NCBI RefSeq assembly: GCF_006345805.1
Contig: NC_043011.1
Coordinates: 23,882,464 to 23,946,463 of the forward strand
Direction of reading: 5' to 3'
Source: Octopus sinensis
Taxonomy: Eukaryota
DNA length: 64,000 nt
Within the stretch, counting starts at the first letter, position 1. The number at the start of each line of letters is the position of its first letter. The notes beneath the pieces are model-generated. The model made no database searches. It was given only the letters and a program-made list of their open reading frames with translations, and was not told the origin of the DNA. Below are positions 1 through 12,125 of the stretch, piece by piece. The translations under genes were made by a program, and so were the position numbers.

Positions 1-279
1 AATATTAAATAATTCCAGTATTCTCTATCATTTTTGATTATTTTGTTATTTTTTCAACCGTTCTGATCATTTTTGGCCGCCATGGGTTTTGCAGTAAATC
101 ACTAAATGATGCATAACTTTTGTATTATCCTCTCAAATTACACCAAAATCTCAGACAATAACAATTAATATCGTATTTATTGTCTGTGAAAATTATAGAA
201 TATAAAACAACTTTGATAAAAACTTATACCTAGTTTTCTGGCGAAAACAATGCCGTTCTGAAAATTTTGGCCGCAACTG
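1..279 (+). mobile_element. Right end of a Tc1 element (continues beyond window start)
   Basis: Appears identical to 1820-2098. Ends ...ggccgcaactg followed by TA and (TATG)n. Confidence 0.85.
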
Positions 280-523
280 TATGTATGTATGTATGTATTA
301 TGTATGTATGTATGTATGTATGTATGTATGTATGTATGTATGTATGGTATGTATGTATGTATGTATGTATGTATGTATGTATGTATGTATGTATGTATGT
401 ATGTCATTATTCAGTTTATTTCAAGATTTCTTGCCAATAGAGAAAGAACCGGTTTTTAACCTAGATTCAAGATTCCTTCATTGGAATATCAACATCAACA
501 ACAGGGTATTTTGTTTCTATGTA

Positions 524-2098
524 CAGTTGCGGCCAAAATGTTCAGAACGGCATTGTTTGCGCCAGAAAAGTAGGTATAAGTTTTTATCAAAGTTGTTTTA
601 TATTCTATAATTTTCACAGACAATAAATACGATATTAATTGTTATTGTCTGAGATTTTGGTGTAATTTGAGAGGATAATACAAAAGTTATGCATGATTTA
701 GTGATTTACTGCAAAACCCATGGCGGCCAAAATGATCAGAACGGTTGCTTTTACTCCATGTTTTAATATATTTAACCGGCGAACTCTAATGTTTTGAATT
801 TGTTTACGTGACGGTTCGTTTACTAAACATTAGTAAGAATATCTGCAGTGTACTTTGTTAATATAATGCAACTTACTCCGTTATCAATTCGTCAGCAGAT
901 TATTAAGCTTCGAAAGAAGGATAATTTAAGTATTGGGTCTATTGCAAAGATTGTTAACAAGTCAAAATGTGTTGTTCACGGAATTCTTAAGGTTCGATGA
1001 TTGTGGTTCGTGTGAAGCAAGAAAGTCTATAGATAGGCCAAGAAAAACGACCAAGAGAGAAGAACGTGCTATGGTAAAGTTGGTTAAAAAGGACAGATTT
1101 AAAACTGCTGCTGCTGTTTCTCGGGAAATGAGCATTGTATTGAAGAAAACGTTATCTCGAAAAACTTGTCTCATCGTTTAGTTGAACATAACCTACAAGC
1201 AAGATCACCAGCAGTGAAGCCACTGATCAGCTCCAAAAATAAAAAGTGTCGTCTTACCTTTGCAACCGAACATGTGTTGTGGTCTCAAGAAAAATGGCAA
1301 ACGGTGCATTTCAGTGATGAATCTAAGTTTATGTTATTTGGCTCAGATGGGAAAAGGTACGTTCGTAGAAAAGTAGGTAAAAAATTGTCGCCTAAATGCC
1401 TTAAGACTAGTGTTAAATTCGGTAGAGGAAGTGTCATGGTTTGGGGGATGATATCTGGAGATGGTGTGGGCCCTTTGGTGCGATTACATGGAAAGGTAAA
1501 AGCAGGAGTTTATAAGTGCTGAGAAATTCAACTAAGCGACCACCCATATTCATGCAGGACAATGCCCCATGTCACAAGGCTAAGGTGGTCATGAACTTCC
1601 TCAAGGCTGAAAAGGTTATTATTATGGATTGGCCTGCTCAAAGCCCAGATCTCAATCCTATTGATAATGTGTGGAATATTCTAGGAGAACGTTCGAAAGC
1701 CAGAAATCCTAAAACAACCGAGCAATTATGGAATGCCCTTCGGGAAGAATGGAATAAGATCACCTCCTCATGCAGTTGAAGATGTCAAAGTGTGATTGAA
1801 GCTAAAGGGCTTCACACTAAATATTAAATAATTCCAGTATTCTCTATCATTTTTGATTATTTTGTTATTTTTTCAACCGTTCTGATCATTTTTGGCCGCC
1901 ATGGGTTTTGCAGTAAATCACTAAATGATGCATAACTTTTGTATTATCCTCTCAAATTACACCAAAATCTCAGACAATAACAATTAATATCGTATTTATT
2001 GTCTGTGAAAATTATAGAATATAAAACAACTTTGATAAAAACTTATACCTAGTTTTCTGGCGAAAACAATGCCGTTCTGAAAATTTTGGCCGCAACTG
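524..2098 (+). mobile_element. Full-length Tc1 (DD34E-class) DNA transposon with IR/DR-type long TIRs
   Basis: TA|CAGTTGCGGCC...GGCCGCAACTG|TA. TIRs of about 225 bp (524-746, 1874-2098) each carry the repeat GGCCAAAATGxTCAGAACGG at both ends. Confidence 0.93.
866..1827 (+). pseudogene. Frameshifted Tc1 transposase
   Basis: ATG at 866. Paired-like HTH region, HFSDESKF, VMVWG, FMQDNAPCH, WPAQSPDLNPIDNVW and terminal GLHTKY* are split over several frames. Confidence 0.9.
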
Positions 2099-2114
2099 TA
2101 TGTATGTATGTATG

Positions 2115-2148
<34 letters not shown>

Positions 2149-2164
2149 TGTATGTATGTATGTA

Positions 2165-2195
<31 letters not shown>

Positions 2196-2232
2196 ATGTA
2201 TGTATGTATGTATGTATGTGTGTGTGTGTGTG

Positions 2233-2263
<31 letters not shown>

Positions 2264-2493
2264 CATGTATGTATGTATGTATGTATGTATGTATTTACGT
2301 GCAGATTTGTATGTTTTATGTATGCATTTTCAGGCATATAGCTACATATCTAGATATGCTCATATATATTTAAATGATAAACTTTTGGAAGGTTTTTACA
2401 GATTTTTATATTTGTATATGTATGTATGTAAGTATGTATGTATGTATGTATGTGTGTATGTATGTATGTATGTATGTATGTATGTATGTATGT

Positions 2494-2860
2494 CAGGTCA
2501 CTTTCGAGTGCTACTGGTAACATGTAACCCAGTACAACCTGTTGCATGGTCGGGTCGTCGGCGACTAAACAGGCAACCCCACCAAGCTTGCTTGGTGAGG
2601 AGGGTGTTTATTGGATACCCTGCGGGATGAAAAGGAAAACCCGTCAAAGGGTGGAGGAACACTTGAGAGTCAACGGTCATCCAATAAATGTCTTAAGGCT
2701 GTATCATGCGCGGGGACATAGAAATAATCGGACTGAATACCCGATCGCGCGATTAAACCATTGGGAGTGAAGGACTCCTAGCCTTTGTTAGGGCATCCTT
2801 CTAGGAGAAGGTAACTCAGGTAACTGGGATAACTCCGACATAAAACCTACAGCTCATTGG
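2494..2860 (+). mobile_element. Probable RTE-type LINE 5' UTR fragment
   Basis: GC-richer block containing ggcatccttctaggagaaggtaactc...aaacct, which resembles RTE 5' UTR ends (recalled, not searched). Confidence 0.35.
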
Positions 2861-3879
2861 TTACCGATGATGTTGTCTTGTTCTTCTTTTCGGATTATGG
2901 CCGCTGTTGCTTAGTGAGTGGATTGACTCAGTGCACAGCCTTTCCTCACTTAAAAAAAATCTTCTTGCACAGGCATTGCACGATAATAACATTGATTAAG
3001 CTTCGCGCAATGGCCATACTCGATAACGAGGGGGGCAGCCACCACCATGTAAGTATGTATGTATGTATGTATGTATGTATGTATGTATGTATGTACGTAT
3101 GCGTGTGTGTGTGTGTATGTGTGTATGTGTGTATGTTGGTGCATGTGACTGTATCTTTGCCTTAATATGGTGTGATAGTTGAAAACGAGTGAAGGCTGGT
3201 GACAAGGACATTCGACTGTAGAAAATCTACCTCAACAAATTCCGTCCGACCCCGACCTGCAGATATGGAAAACGATGATGGTTGTGATGATGATGACGAT
3301 GATGATGATGAAGCTGGATGATGTTGATGATGCTGCTGCTGCTGCTGATGATGATGATAATATTTATCACCCAGCAGAGAATGAAAAAAAACAAACAATT
3401 GTTAAAATGTTATATTACAGTTTTGTTTATCATGGATTCAATTTATTTCTCTACAAGATTATGTCACGTTTTAGAAAAATTTTATTTCCTTTACTGAAAA
3501 TTATCTTGTAACAAAGTTTGTGACTGGTAGGCTTTGCTTTTTTTTTACAGTGACAGAGTTGTGATATTCGCCACCCACCACCATCTCCCCACACACTGCT
3601 AGAAGTAAACGTTGAAAGAAAGAAACTAAGAAAAGAAAAAAAGAAACAAAGAGCAAGGGTGAATGAAAATATAGGTGGAAGGAATAGGTTTTTATCGGAC
3701 AAGGCACAAACCAAGATTTAATAAAGGTGGTAGTGGTGAATGGTTTTGGTTGTGTCTTTCACCCATGGACATTAGCAGTGGAAATGCAGTTAAATAGCAT
3801 TTGAAACCGGGTCGCGGATACGACTCGCCAGCAGCTTTACCTCAACTCTGAACACTTACATAAAAAGAAAATAATTGTG

Positions 3880-3911
<32 letters not shown>

Positions 3912-4121
3912 TTCGACTGGAAGCACAAGGCCTCAAATTTTGCGGGAAGGAATTAAGTCGATCACATCGACTCCAATGCGTAACAAGTACTAATTTTATC
4001 GACCGCCAAAGGATGAAAGGCAAAGTCGACCTTGGCGGAATTGGAACTCAAAACGTAGCGACGGGTGAAATACCGCTAAGCATTTCGTCCAGCGTGCTAA
4101 CGATTCTGCCAGCTTGCCACC

Positions 4122-4165
<44 letters not shown>

Positions 4166-4602
4166 CCTTTCTACTAAAGACACAAGGCCTGAAATTTTGT
4201 GGGGAGGGATATAGTCATTTACATTGACCCAGTGCTTAACTGGTGCATATTTTATCGACCTCAAAAGAATGAAAGGCAAGGTCAACCTCGGCAGAATTTG
4301 AACTCAGAACGTAGCGCAGACGAGATACCGCGAAGCATTTTGCCCAGCGTGCTAACGATTCTGCTAGCACGCTGCTTTAATAATAGTTCTTTCTATTGGA
4401 AGCACAAGGCCTCAAATTTGGATGAAGGGATTAAGTCGATTACATCGACCCCAGTGCGTAACTGGTATTTATTTAATCGACTCCGAAAGGTTGAAAGGCA
4501 ACGTTGACCTCGACGGAATTTGAACTCAGAACGTAGCGGCGGACGAAATGCCGGTAAGTATCTCGCCCAGCGTGCTAACGTTTCTGCCAGTTCACCGCCT
4601 TT

Positions 4603-4636
<34 letters not shown>

Positions 4637-4899
4637 TGATGATGATAATGATGACGATAATAATAATAATAATAATAATAACAATAATCCTTTCTATTAT
4701 AGGTGCAAGGCCTGAAATTTGGGGGAGGAGGTCAATCGGTTACATCGATCACAGTACTCAACTGGTATTTAGTTTACCGACCCCGAAAGGATGAAAGGTA
4801 AAGCCGACCGCGGCGGAATTTGAACTCAGAATGTAGCGACAGGGGAAATACCGCAAAACATTTCGCCCCGCGTGCTAACGATTCTGTCAGCTCGCCGTC

Positions 4900-4948
<49 letters not shown>

Positions 4949-4985
4949 TAATAATAATAATAATAATAACAATAATAATAATAAC

Positions 4986-5012
<27 letters not shown>

Positions 5013-5019
<7 letters not shown>

Positions 5020-5572
5020 GCCCTGATGCAGTACCAGGCAGTGGCTCTCATGGCTTCTGATCTTAACTGATTGGAAGTGTTATCATGTACATTGTTTTGT
5101 CTTGGTATAAAAGATGGGCTACAGCAAATATTCTGCTCAATACCACAGATTTGCTTGTCAGTTGTTTGACCTTAACCAGTTGAGCATGTCCCTTAGTGGC
5201 TGACGATATGTGCATCTCTGATCACGAGCAGAAGTAGTGTGGGAGCATCATAGCCATGTTTGAGAGGGATGCTTTGGGGTTTGAATAGTTCACCTCTGGA
5301 AACATGGGTGGTTCTTTCAACATCCTTAAACAACCCTTATTCGGGGACCGTTTGAGCGGGATGGGCTACTCAACCTGAAGAAAATTCAAACTGGGCCCCA
5401 CCTGCAAGGTCATGTGCTGTTTATCTTGATATGAGATCACCATGTCGCGCACATATGGTTGTGATGCATGTGCCTGGTGTACCTTTATCAGACGGGTAGT
5501 CATGATGGGTATATTGGGCTTCGTATATTTTACCCCAGTGTCACTTTGATGGCATGAACTGCTCTCTCACTC
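5013..5572 (+). mobile_element. 560-bp (AAT)n-flanked non-coding retro-element, copy 1
   Basis: Starts AATAAATGCCCTGATGCAGTACC and ends GCTCTCTCACTC(AAT)n. Near-identical copies at 5898-6357 and 6930-7479. Confidence 0.75.
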
Positions 5573-5611
<39 letters not shown>

Positions 5612-5897
5612 CCTTTCTACTAAAGGCACAAAACTTGGAATTTGTGGGGTGGGGTGTAGAAGACCACATCGATCCCAGTACTTGACTATTACTTTATTTA
5701 TCGACCCTAAAGGATGAAATGTAAAGTCGACCTCAGTGGAATTTTGAACTCAGAACATATACACCGGCGAAATGCCGCGAAGCATTTTACCCGGCCTGCT
5801 AACGATTCAGCCAGCTCGCCGCCTTAACAACAACAACAACCACAATAACAATAACAACATCGACAACGATAACAACAACAACAATAATAATAATAAT

Positions 5898-6357
5898 ATG
5901 GGCTACAGCATATATTCTGCTCAATAACACAGATTTGCTTGTCAGTTGTTTGACCTTAACCAGTTGAGCATGTCCCTTAGTGGCTGGTGATATGTGCATC
6001 TCTGATCACGAGCAGAAGTAGTGGGGGAGCATCATAGCCATGTGTTGAGAGGGATGCTTTGGGGTTTGAATAATTCACCTCTGGAAACATGGGTGTTTCG
6101 TTCAACATCCTTAAACAACCCTTATTCAGACCTTTCGAGTGGGATGGGTTACTCGACCTGAAGAAAATTCTAACTGGGCCCCACCTGCAAGGTCATGTGC
6201 TGTTTATCTTGATATGAGAGATCATCATGTCGCGCACATATGGTTGTGATGCATGTGCCTGGTGTACCCTTATCAGACGGGTAGTCATGATGGGTATACT
6301 GGGCTTCGTATATTTTACTCCAGTGTCACTTTGATGGCATGCACTGCTCCCTCACTC
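5898..6357 (+). mobile_element. (AAT)n-flanked element, copy 2 (5'-truncated)
   Basis: Starts internally at ATGGGCTACAGC and has the same 3' end and (AAT)n tail. 5' truncation with an intact 3' end is typical of TPRT. Confidence 0.75.
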
Positions 6358-6410
<53 letters not shown>

Positions 6411-6929
6411 AAATGATAATTCTTTCTGCTAAAGGCATAAGGCCTGAAATATTTTGTGGGGAGGTGACTAGTCGATGACATCGACCTCAGTGTTTCACTG
6501 GTATTTAATTCATTGACCCCGATAGATGAAAGGCAACGTATGTGAGACCAGAATGGAAAGAACTGGAAGAAATACTGCTAATTAATTTGTCTGACGCACT
6601 AGCCATTTTGCCAGCTCGCCGTCTTTTATTTCTTTTTGTTTTGGCACGAGGCCAGAAACTTTAAGGGGAGGGGCAAGTTGATACCATTGATGCCCAATTA
6701 CTTGACTAGTACTTTATTTTGTCGACCCCGAAAGGCTGAAGCGCAAAATCCTCCCCAGAAGAAATTGAACTCAGAACGTAAAGGGTAGGAAGGAATAGTT
6801 TTAGGCATTTAGACTCTGATAATTCTGCTACATAACAATAATAATGATAATGATAATAATAATAACAATAATAGTAGTAGTAGTAGTAGTAGTAGTAATA
6901 GTAGTAGTAGTAGTAGTAACAACAACAAC

Positions 6930-7479
6930 AATAAATGCCCTGATGCAGTACCAGGCAGTGGTTCTCGTGGCTTCTGATCTTAACTGATTGGAAGTGTTAT
7001 CATGTACATTGTTTTGTCTTGGTATAAAAGATGGGCTACAGCAAATATTCTGCTCAATACCACAGATTTGCTTGTCAGTTGTTTGACCTTAACCAGTTGA
7101 GCATGTCCCTGAGTGGCTGACGATATGCGCATCTCTGATCACGAGCAGAAGTAGTGTGGGAGCATCATGGCCATGTATTGAGAGGGATTCTTTGGGGTTT
7201 GAATAATTCACCTCTGGAAACAGGTGTGTTTCGTTCAACATCCTTAAACAACCCTTATTCAGAGACCTTTTGAGCGGGATGCAGGAGAAAATTCTAACTG
7301 AGCCCCACCTGCAAGGTCATGAGCTGTTTATATTGATATGAGATCACCATGTCACACACATATGGTTGTGATGCATGTGCCTTGTGTACCCTTATCAGAC
7401 GGGTAGTCATGATGGGTATACTGGGCTTCGTATATTTTACCCCAGTGTCACTTTGATGGCATGCACTGCTCCCTCACTC
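6930..7479 (+). mobile_element. (AAT)n-flanked element, copy 3
   Basis: Same 5' start and 3' end as copy 1. Confidence 0.75.
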
Positions 7480-7501
7480 AATAATAATAATAATAATAAT
7501 A

Positions 7502-7532
<31 letters not shown>

Positions 7533-7941
7533 CCTTTCTACTAAAGGCACAAGGTTTGAAGTTTGAGGTAAGTTGATTACATCAACTCCAGTTATCAACT
7601 GGTACTTATTTTATCGACTCATGAATGATGATAGGTTAAAGTCGACCTCGGCGGAATTTGAACTCAGACATTAAGACAGACGAAATAACGCTAAGCATTT
7701 TGCCTGGCGTGCTAACGATGCTACCTGTTAACAACAACAACAATAACAACGACAACGACAATAATAATAATAATAATAATAATAGAAATATTATTTATGA
7801 ATGTCTTTTCTATGTACAAAATAGAATAATCTGCGAGCAGCTTACTTTCGAAATATTTCTAACCTTTACGTATGCAATAGCAACCTGGCAATTTATCTTC
7901 ATCTTTACTTCCATTATCTACGCTGTTTCTTCACTCGGTGT

Positions 7942-7992
<51 letters not shown>

Positions 7993-8132
7993 TGTGTGTG
8001 TGTGCGTGTGTACGTGTGTGTATGTGAATGTGAGTGCGAGTGTGCGTTTGCGTCGCGCGCGTGTTTTAGCCATTCTAACAATACACACACATACACACAG
8101 ACACACACACACACACACACAACACACACACA

Positions 8133-8182
<50 letters not shown>

Positions 8183-9369
8183 AAAATTGCTTTGTAGGAA
8201 ATGTGGAGATGTATTGAGATATACAGATATGGAGATAATTTATTCTCAAGTGCAGAATTATGCATGAACGGCGTAAATAGGATAATATCCTTATATTACA
8301 GAAAAAAAAATTGTCAGCAGCCAGCCATGAGACTCGAACTCATATCTCTGGGATTACCGGTCAAGTGCTTTCCATGGTATTTGTTAATGCTCGAGATGAC
8401 ATTCGCATCAGAAAAGAAACGTTTTAGTATTAACATATTTAATGCCTAGGGTACTTTTAAGGTAGCTAGAAATAAGTATGCTGTGGGGATAAAAAAAGTA
8501 AGATAGACAACTCCGATCATGTTTTGGTTTTATTCTAACCTCATTAACGAACTGAAATCTGTATTGATTTATTTTATTATATATATTTTTTATTGAAACC
8601 TATTATTTTTAGTAGTCCTGGCCTTAAGATCCTATTCAAATTCTTAGGACCGTCTCTATTTGCAATCACTTTAATTTTGTTTTTGTTGTAAAATATACGA
8701 TTTTCCCTGTATCTGTTTTATTTTATTTTATTTTATTTTATTTTCCACACAGAAATCTTTTAATTTCAGAAGTAAAATAACAACATAATGAAGACAGAGA
8801 GCTGCTTACAATGAGAAAAGGGATAAGATTAGTAACGTTTATATATTTCGTGCCTGAAAGTATATGAAGGTCGTTAAACTTTTTCCTTTTCACATTGAGA
8901 AAAAGTTTTCTGTTTTCACTATTTTGTTATTTTTCTTTTGTGTCACAATGTTTCAAGCAACTTACAACGCACTTCTGTACGATTCCAATTGCTTATCCTT
9001 AAGAACCTATTCAAACACTTCTGCAAATTTCTTTTAAAAATGCAGTAAAAAGTGATATGATGAAGAGCTAGCGTCTAATTTTTGCTGGTCGATTGACAGT
9101 ATAGAAAGAAGCTCCATTGACGATATTTTTTTTTTTATGTAGGTGAAGGGACATTTTTCTGCACGCACACAAGGATCCGGCTGGGTGAGCCAGCGGTGGA
9201 AGTAGAAATTGTAGAAGCAAACAACAAAACAAGAAACAAACAAATAAAAACAAAACAAAAAAGAAAACAAAAACGAAAATGTGATGCTGGATAAATGTCA
9301 AAATGCTTTCGCATACGTAAGGATAGATAAATTAAGTAATATATAAAAAAAATTGTTTTCTTTCTTCAA

Positions 9370-9605
9370 CTATGAATTCTCGGCAGCATTATAGGTTCTG
9401 TAAGTTGGGTTTCCTGGCTGGAATATTGGTTGTTCTTCATCAGCTGTGTCAGCGGTGACGTTGTTATGCACAGACGTGGAACTCACTTGTCTTGCTTGGG
9501 GACGGAGTTTACGTGTGCGTGCCAATTCGATGATGATTGCCAGCAAAAGCAGTAAAAGACCAGCTTCGACAATAACAATTATCCAAACTGGACTGAGCGA
9601 AGTTT
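9370..9605 (-). CDS. TYR: Tyrosinase-family gene, terminal coding exon 5 (TM helix and cytosolic tail)
   Basis: Acceptor T13-gcag|AA ACT is phase 1, matching exon 4. Encodes (K)TSLSPVWIIVIVEAGLLLLLLAIIIELARTRKLR...DEEQPIFQPGNPTYRTYNAAENS-stop: a hydrophobic helix, a basic stop-transfer patch and a dileucine-like motif. Total CDS is 1608 nt = 535 aa + stop. Confidence 0.88.
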
Positions 9606-9777
9606 CTGCAAAAAAAAAAAAGAGAAGTTTAAAATAAAGAAAACACATTCCTTATTTTACCTCAGTTCATTTTTACTCTTTTATTTGTTTCAGTCATTTG
9701 ACTGCGGCCATGCTGGAGTACCCGCCTTTAGTCGAGAAAATCGACCCCCAGGACTTATTCTTTGGAAGCCTAGTACT

Positions 9778-9858
<81 letters not shown>

Positions 9859-10059
9859 ACTATTGAAAAGGTTGCAAGACGCATCGAAAATTTTAGGAAA
9901 ATAAAAATAAGGAATAAGTGCAAATTTTACCGGTGAGTGTGTTAAATTATAAGGCACAAAAAGAAAATGACTCTCCTTAGACACAACAGAATATGCTTCA
10001 ACACACGAACTTACATAAAGAATCTTGCAAACCAAATCCCAAAACGAAATATATATATA

Positions 10060-11328
10060 TAGGGTGCATGTATATATGCAAAAATGAAAATAACACTGAC
10101 ATCTCATTTTAACAGATATATTTACCCAAATTGCATGAAAATAACTTCAAATATTAAATAGTAAATTTATTCAATAAAATCGCCATTGGTTTCAACCACG
10201 GCCTCCAGACGACTTCGGAATCTTCCGCAACTCTTCTGGACGGTCTCCTTGTTTAAGTTGGTGAATGTTGCCATAATCCTTGCCTTCAGTTAATCTTTGG
10301 TGTTACAAGGAGTTTTGTTGGTTTCTCGTTCAACTGCCTCCTACACATAATAATCAAAGGGGTTGCAGTGTGGAGAGTTAGGTGGCCAGATGTTAGTGGT
10401 GATGTTGTCACAGAAATTGGCTGACAGCATGGCTGGGTTCTCCTGCTTGTGTGGCATGGTGGAGAATCCTGTTGCTAGACATAGTGTCAACTGACAGCGA
10501 CCCTCTTGACGCAGCGCAGCACTATCACCTTCAGGCACTTGATGTAGGCATCCGTGTTGAGTTTGAGGCCGTGTGTGAAGATAAATGGAAGCATAACGTC
10601 GCCATCACTAGTGATCACCCCAGACACCATGATATTGACTGGATGTTTGATTTTTATTACTCTCAGTGCGTGTTTTGGGGACACGGCAAGCCAACGGTTG
10701 GTCTGTGTGTTCAGCATCAGATCCTGGCAGAAATTTTTCTCGTCTGAGAAAAACCAAAACGTGTTCGGTTGGAAGGGATGCTTGAGTTTGTTCAAAAGCT
10801 TCGTAGTGCGGTCTTTCCTCTTGTCCTCGATAGCCTGGGATAAAAATTGGCCCTTTCTCATCTTCCATGGGGAATGCCGAATGTCTTCAAGTACTACCTA
10901 CCTGATAAGAAACTCAGACATTCCCATGTCTCTGGTGATGGACCTGATTGACTTGGAGGGATCGTTGTCAATCATAGCCAGCATTTCACCAAAAAATTCA
11001 GGAGTTCTTTTCTTATCAGAACGATCAGAGCAAGATTTCCGACCTGTCGCACCTTCATAATCACCATTAGACTCATCCAACATTTTCTAAATCTTCTGCA
11101 CTGTCCTCATATTGACACACAAACACTCTGAAATGTTCGTATTGGAGCATCAGGTGCGAATGCTAAACAGTACAGCATGTCGTTTCGAAATTTCTGGCAG
11201 AGTGAATTGTGTCATGGTGCTGTTTTTCTTATAGAAAGTGCCCAACTAACCCTATCGTACTGCTTAATTGACAAAATCAAAAATAAACTATGTGCATAAA
11301 ATGGTGACAATTTACCCATTGCATTCTG
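10060..11328 (-). mobile_element. DD37D (maT/Bmmar1-like) Tc1-mariner element, degraded, in intron 4
   Basis: Minus-strand fragments WFFSDEKNF, IMVSGVITSDG and NIWPPNSPHCNPFDYYV. The right TIR-like end is ...gacaatttacccattgcattctg|TA. Length about 1.27 kb. Confidence 0.85.
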
Positions 11329-11329
<1 letters not shown>

Positions 11330-11360
<31 letters not shown>

Positions 11361-11655
11361 TGTATGTATGTATGTATGTATGTATGTATGTATGAGTGTG
11401 TGTATGTATGTATGTATGTGGTATGTATGTATGTATGTATGTATGTATGTATGTGTATGTATGTATGAGTGTGTGTATGTATGTATGTATGTATGTATGT
11501 ATGTATGTATGTATGTATGTATGTGTGTATGTATGTATGTGTGTATGTATGTATGTATGTACGTACGTACGCATGTATGTATGTATGTATGTATGTATGT
11601 ATGTATGTATGTATGTATGTATGTATGCATGTATGTATGTATGTATGTATGTATT
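11330..11655 (+). repeat. (TATG)n microsatellite
   Basis: Direct reading. It is the source of the MYVC/HTYI pseudo-ORFs. Similar tracts at 281-400, 2099-2290, 42636-42700, 43380-43460 and 43910-44040. Confidence 0.95.
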
Positions 11656-11709
11656 TGCTTCTGGAGAGTAGAAAGAATCCGTTGTAACTGAGAGGTGTCA
11701 ACCTATCAA

Positions 11710-11898
11710 CCGAATAGTTGGAGTAGCAGCAGTGATTGCTTGGATCGGATTCTTTTATCTTTTTTCTCGTTTCAGTCATCAGACAGTAGCCAAGCTGGGA
11801 CAACGCCTTGAAGAATTTTAGTCGAACGAATCGACTCCAGTACTTAATTTTTTCAAAGCCTAGTCAAGCGGTGCTGTGACACAAATACAGACACAGAG

Positions 11899-11954
<56 letters not shown>

Positions 11955-12125
11955 ACACACATACACACACATGCATGTGTGTGTGTGTATACGATGGGCC
12001 TTCTTTCAGTTTTAGTCTACCAAATCCACCCACAAGGGTTTGATCAGCCCAAGGTTATTGTAGAACGGGACTGAACTCAGAACCATGTGATTGGGAAACA
12101 AACTTCTTACGACACAGCCATGTTT
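11710..12125 (-). mobile_element. SINE-B (with internal TA/GT/CT microsatellite linker)
   Basis: Reverse complement of the family seen at 13165-13545 (...GACGGAAACTGAAAGAAGCCCGTCG(TA)n...GACTGAAAC tail). Confidence 0.7.

Larger units (their letters stand above)
281..2410 (-). mobile_element. 3' end of an R4/Dong-like LINE, split by the Tc1 insertion (pieces at about 405-521 and 2290-2410)
   Basis: Both pieces are reverse complements of consecutive parts of the LINE 3' UTR seen intact at about 36590-36800. The (CATA)n tail lies at 281-400. Confidence 0.7.
3890..7790 (-). mobile_element. Cluster of about 8 tRNA-derived SINE-A copies alternating with (AAT)n tracts
   Basis: Repeated unit read on the minus strand: GGCGGCGAGCTGGCAGAATCGTTAG (A box)...GAGTTCAAATTCC (B box)...CCTTTCATCCTTTCGGGGTCGATAAA..AAGTACCAG. 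Copies at about 3912, 4165, 4385, 4688, 5610, 6420, 6640 and 7531. Confidence 0.85.

Noticed and set aside
3880-7810. Repeat-spacer alternation superficially resembling a CRISPR array
   Set aside because: Eukaryotic DNA. The units are 200-560-bp retroelements separated by microsatellites, with no short constant repeat plus unique spacers and no cas genes.
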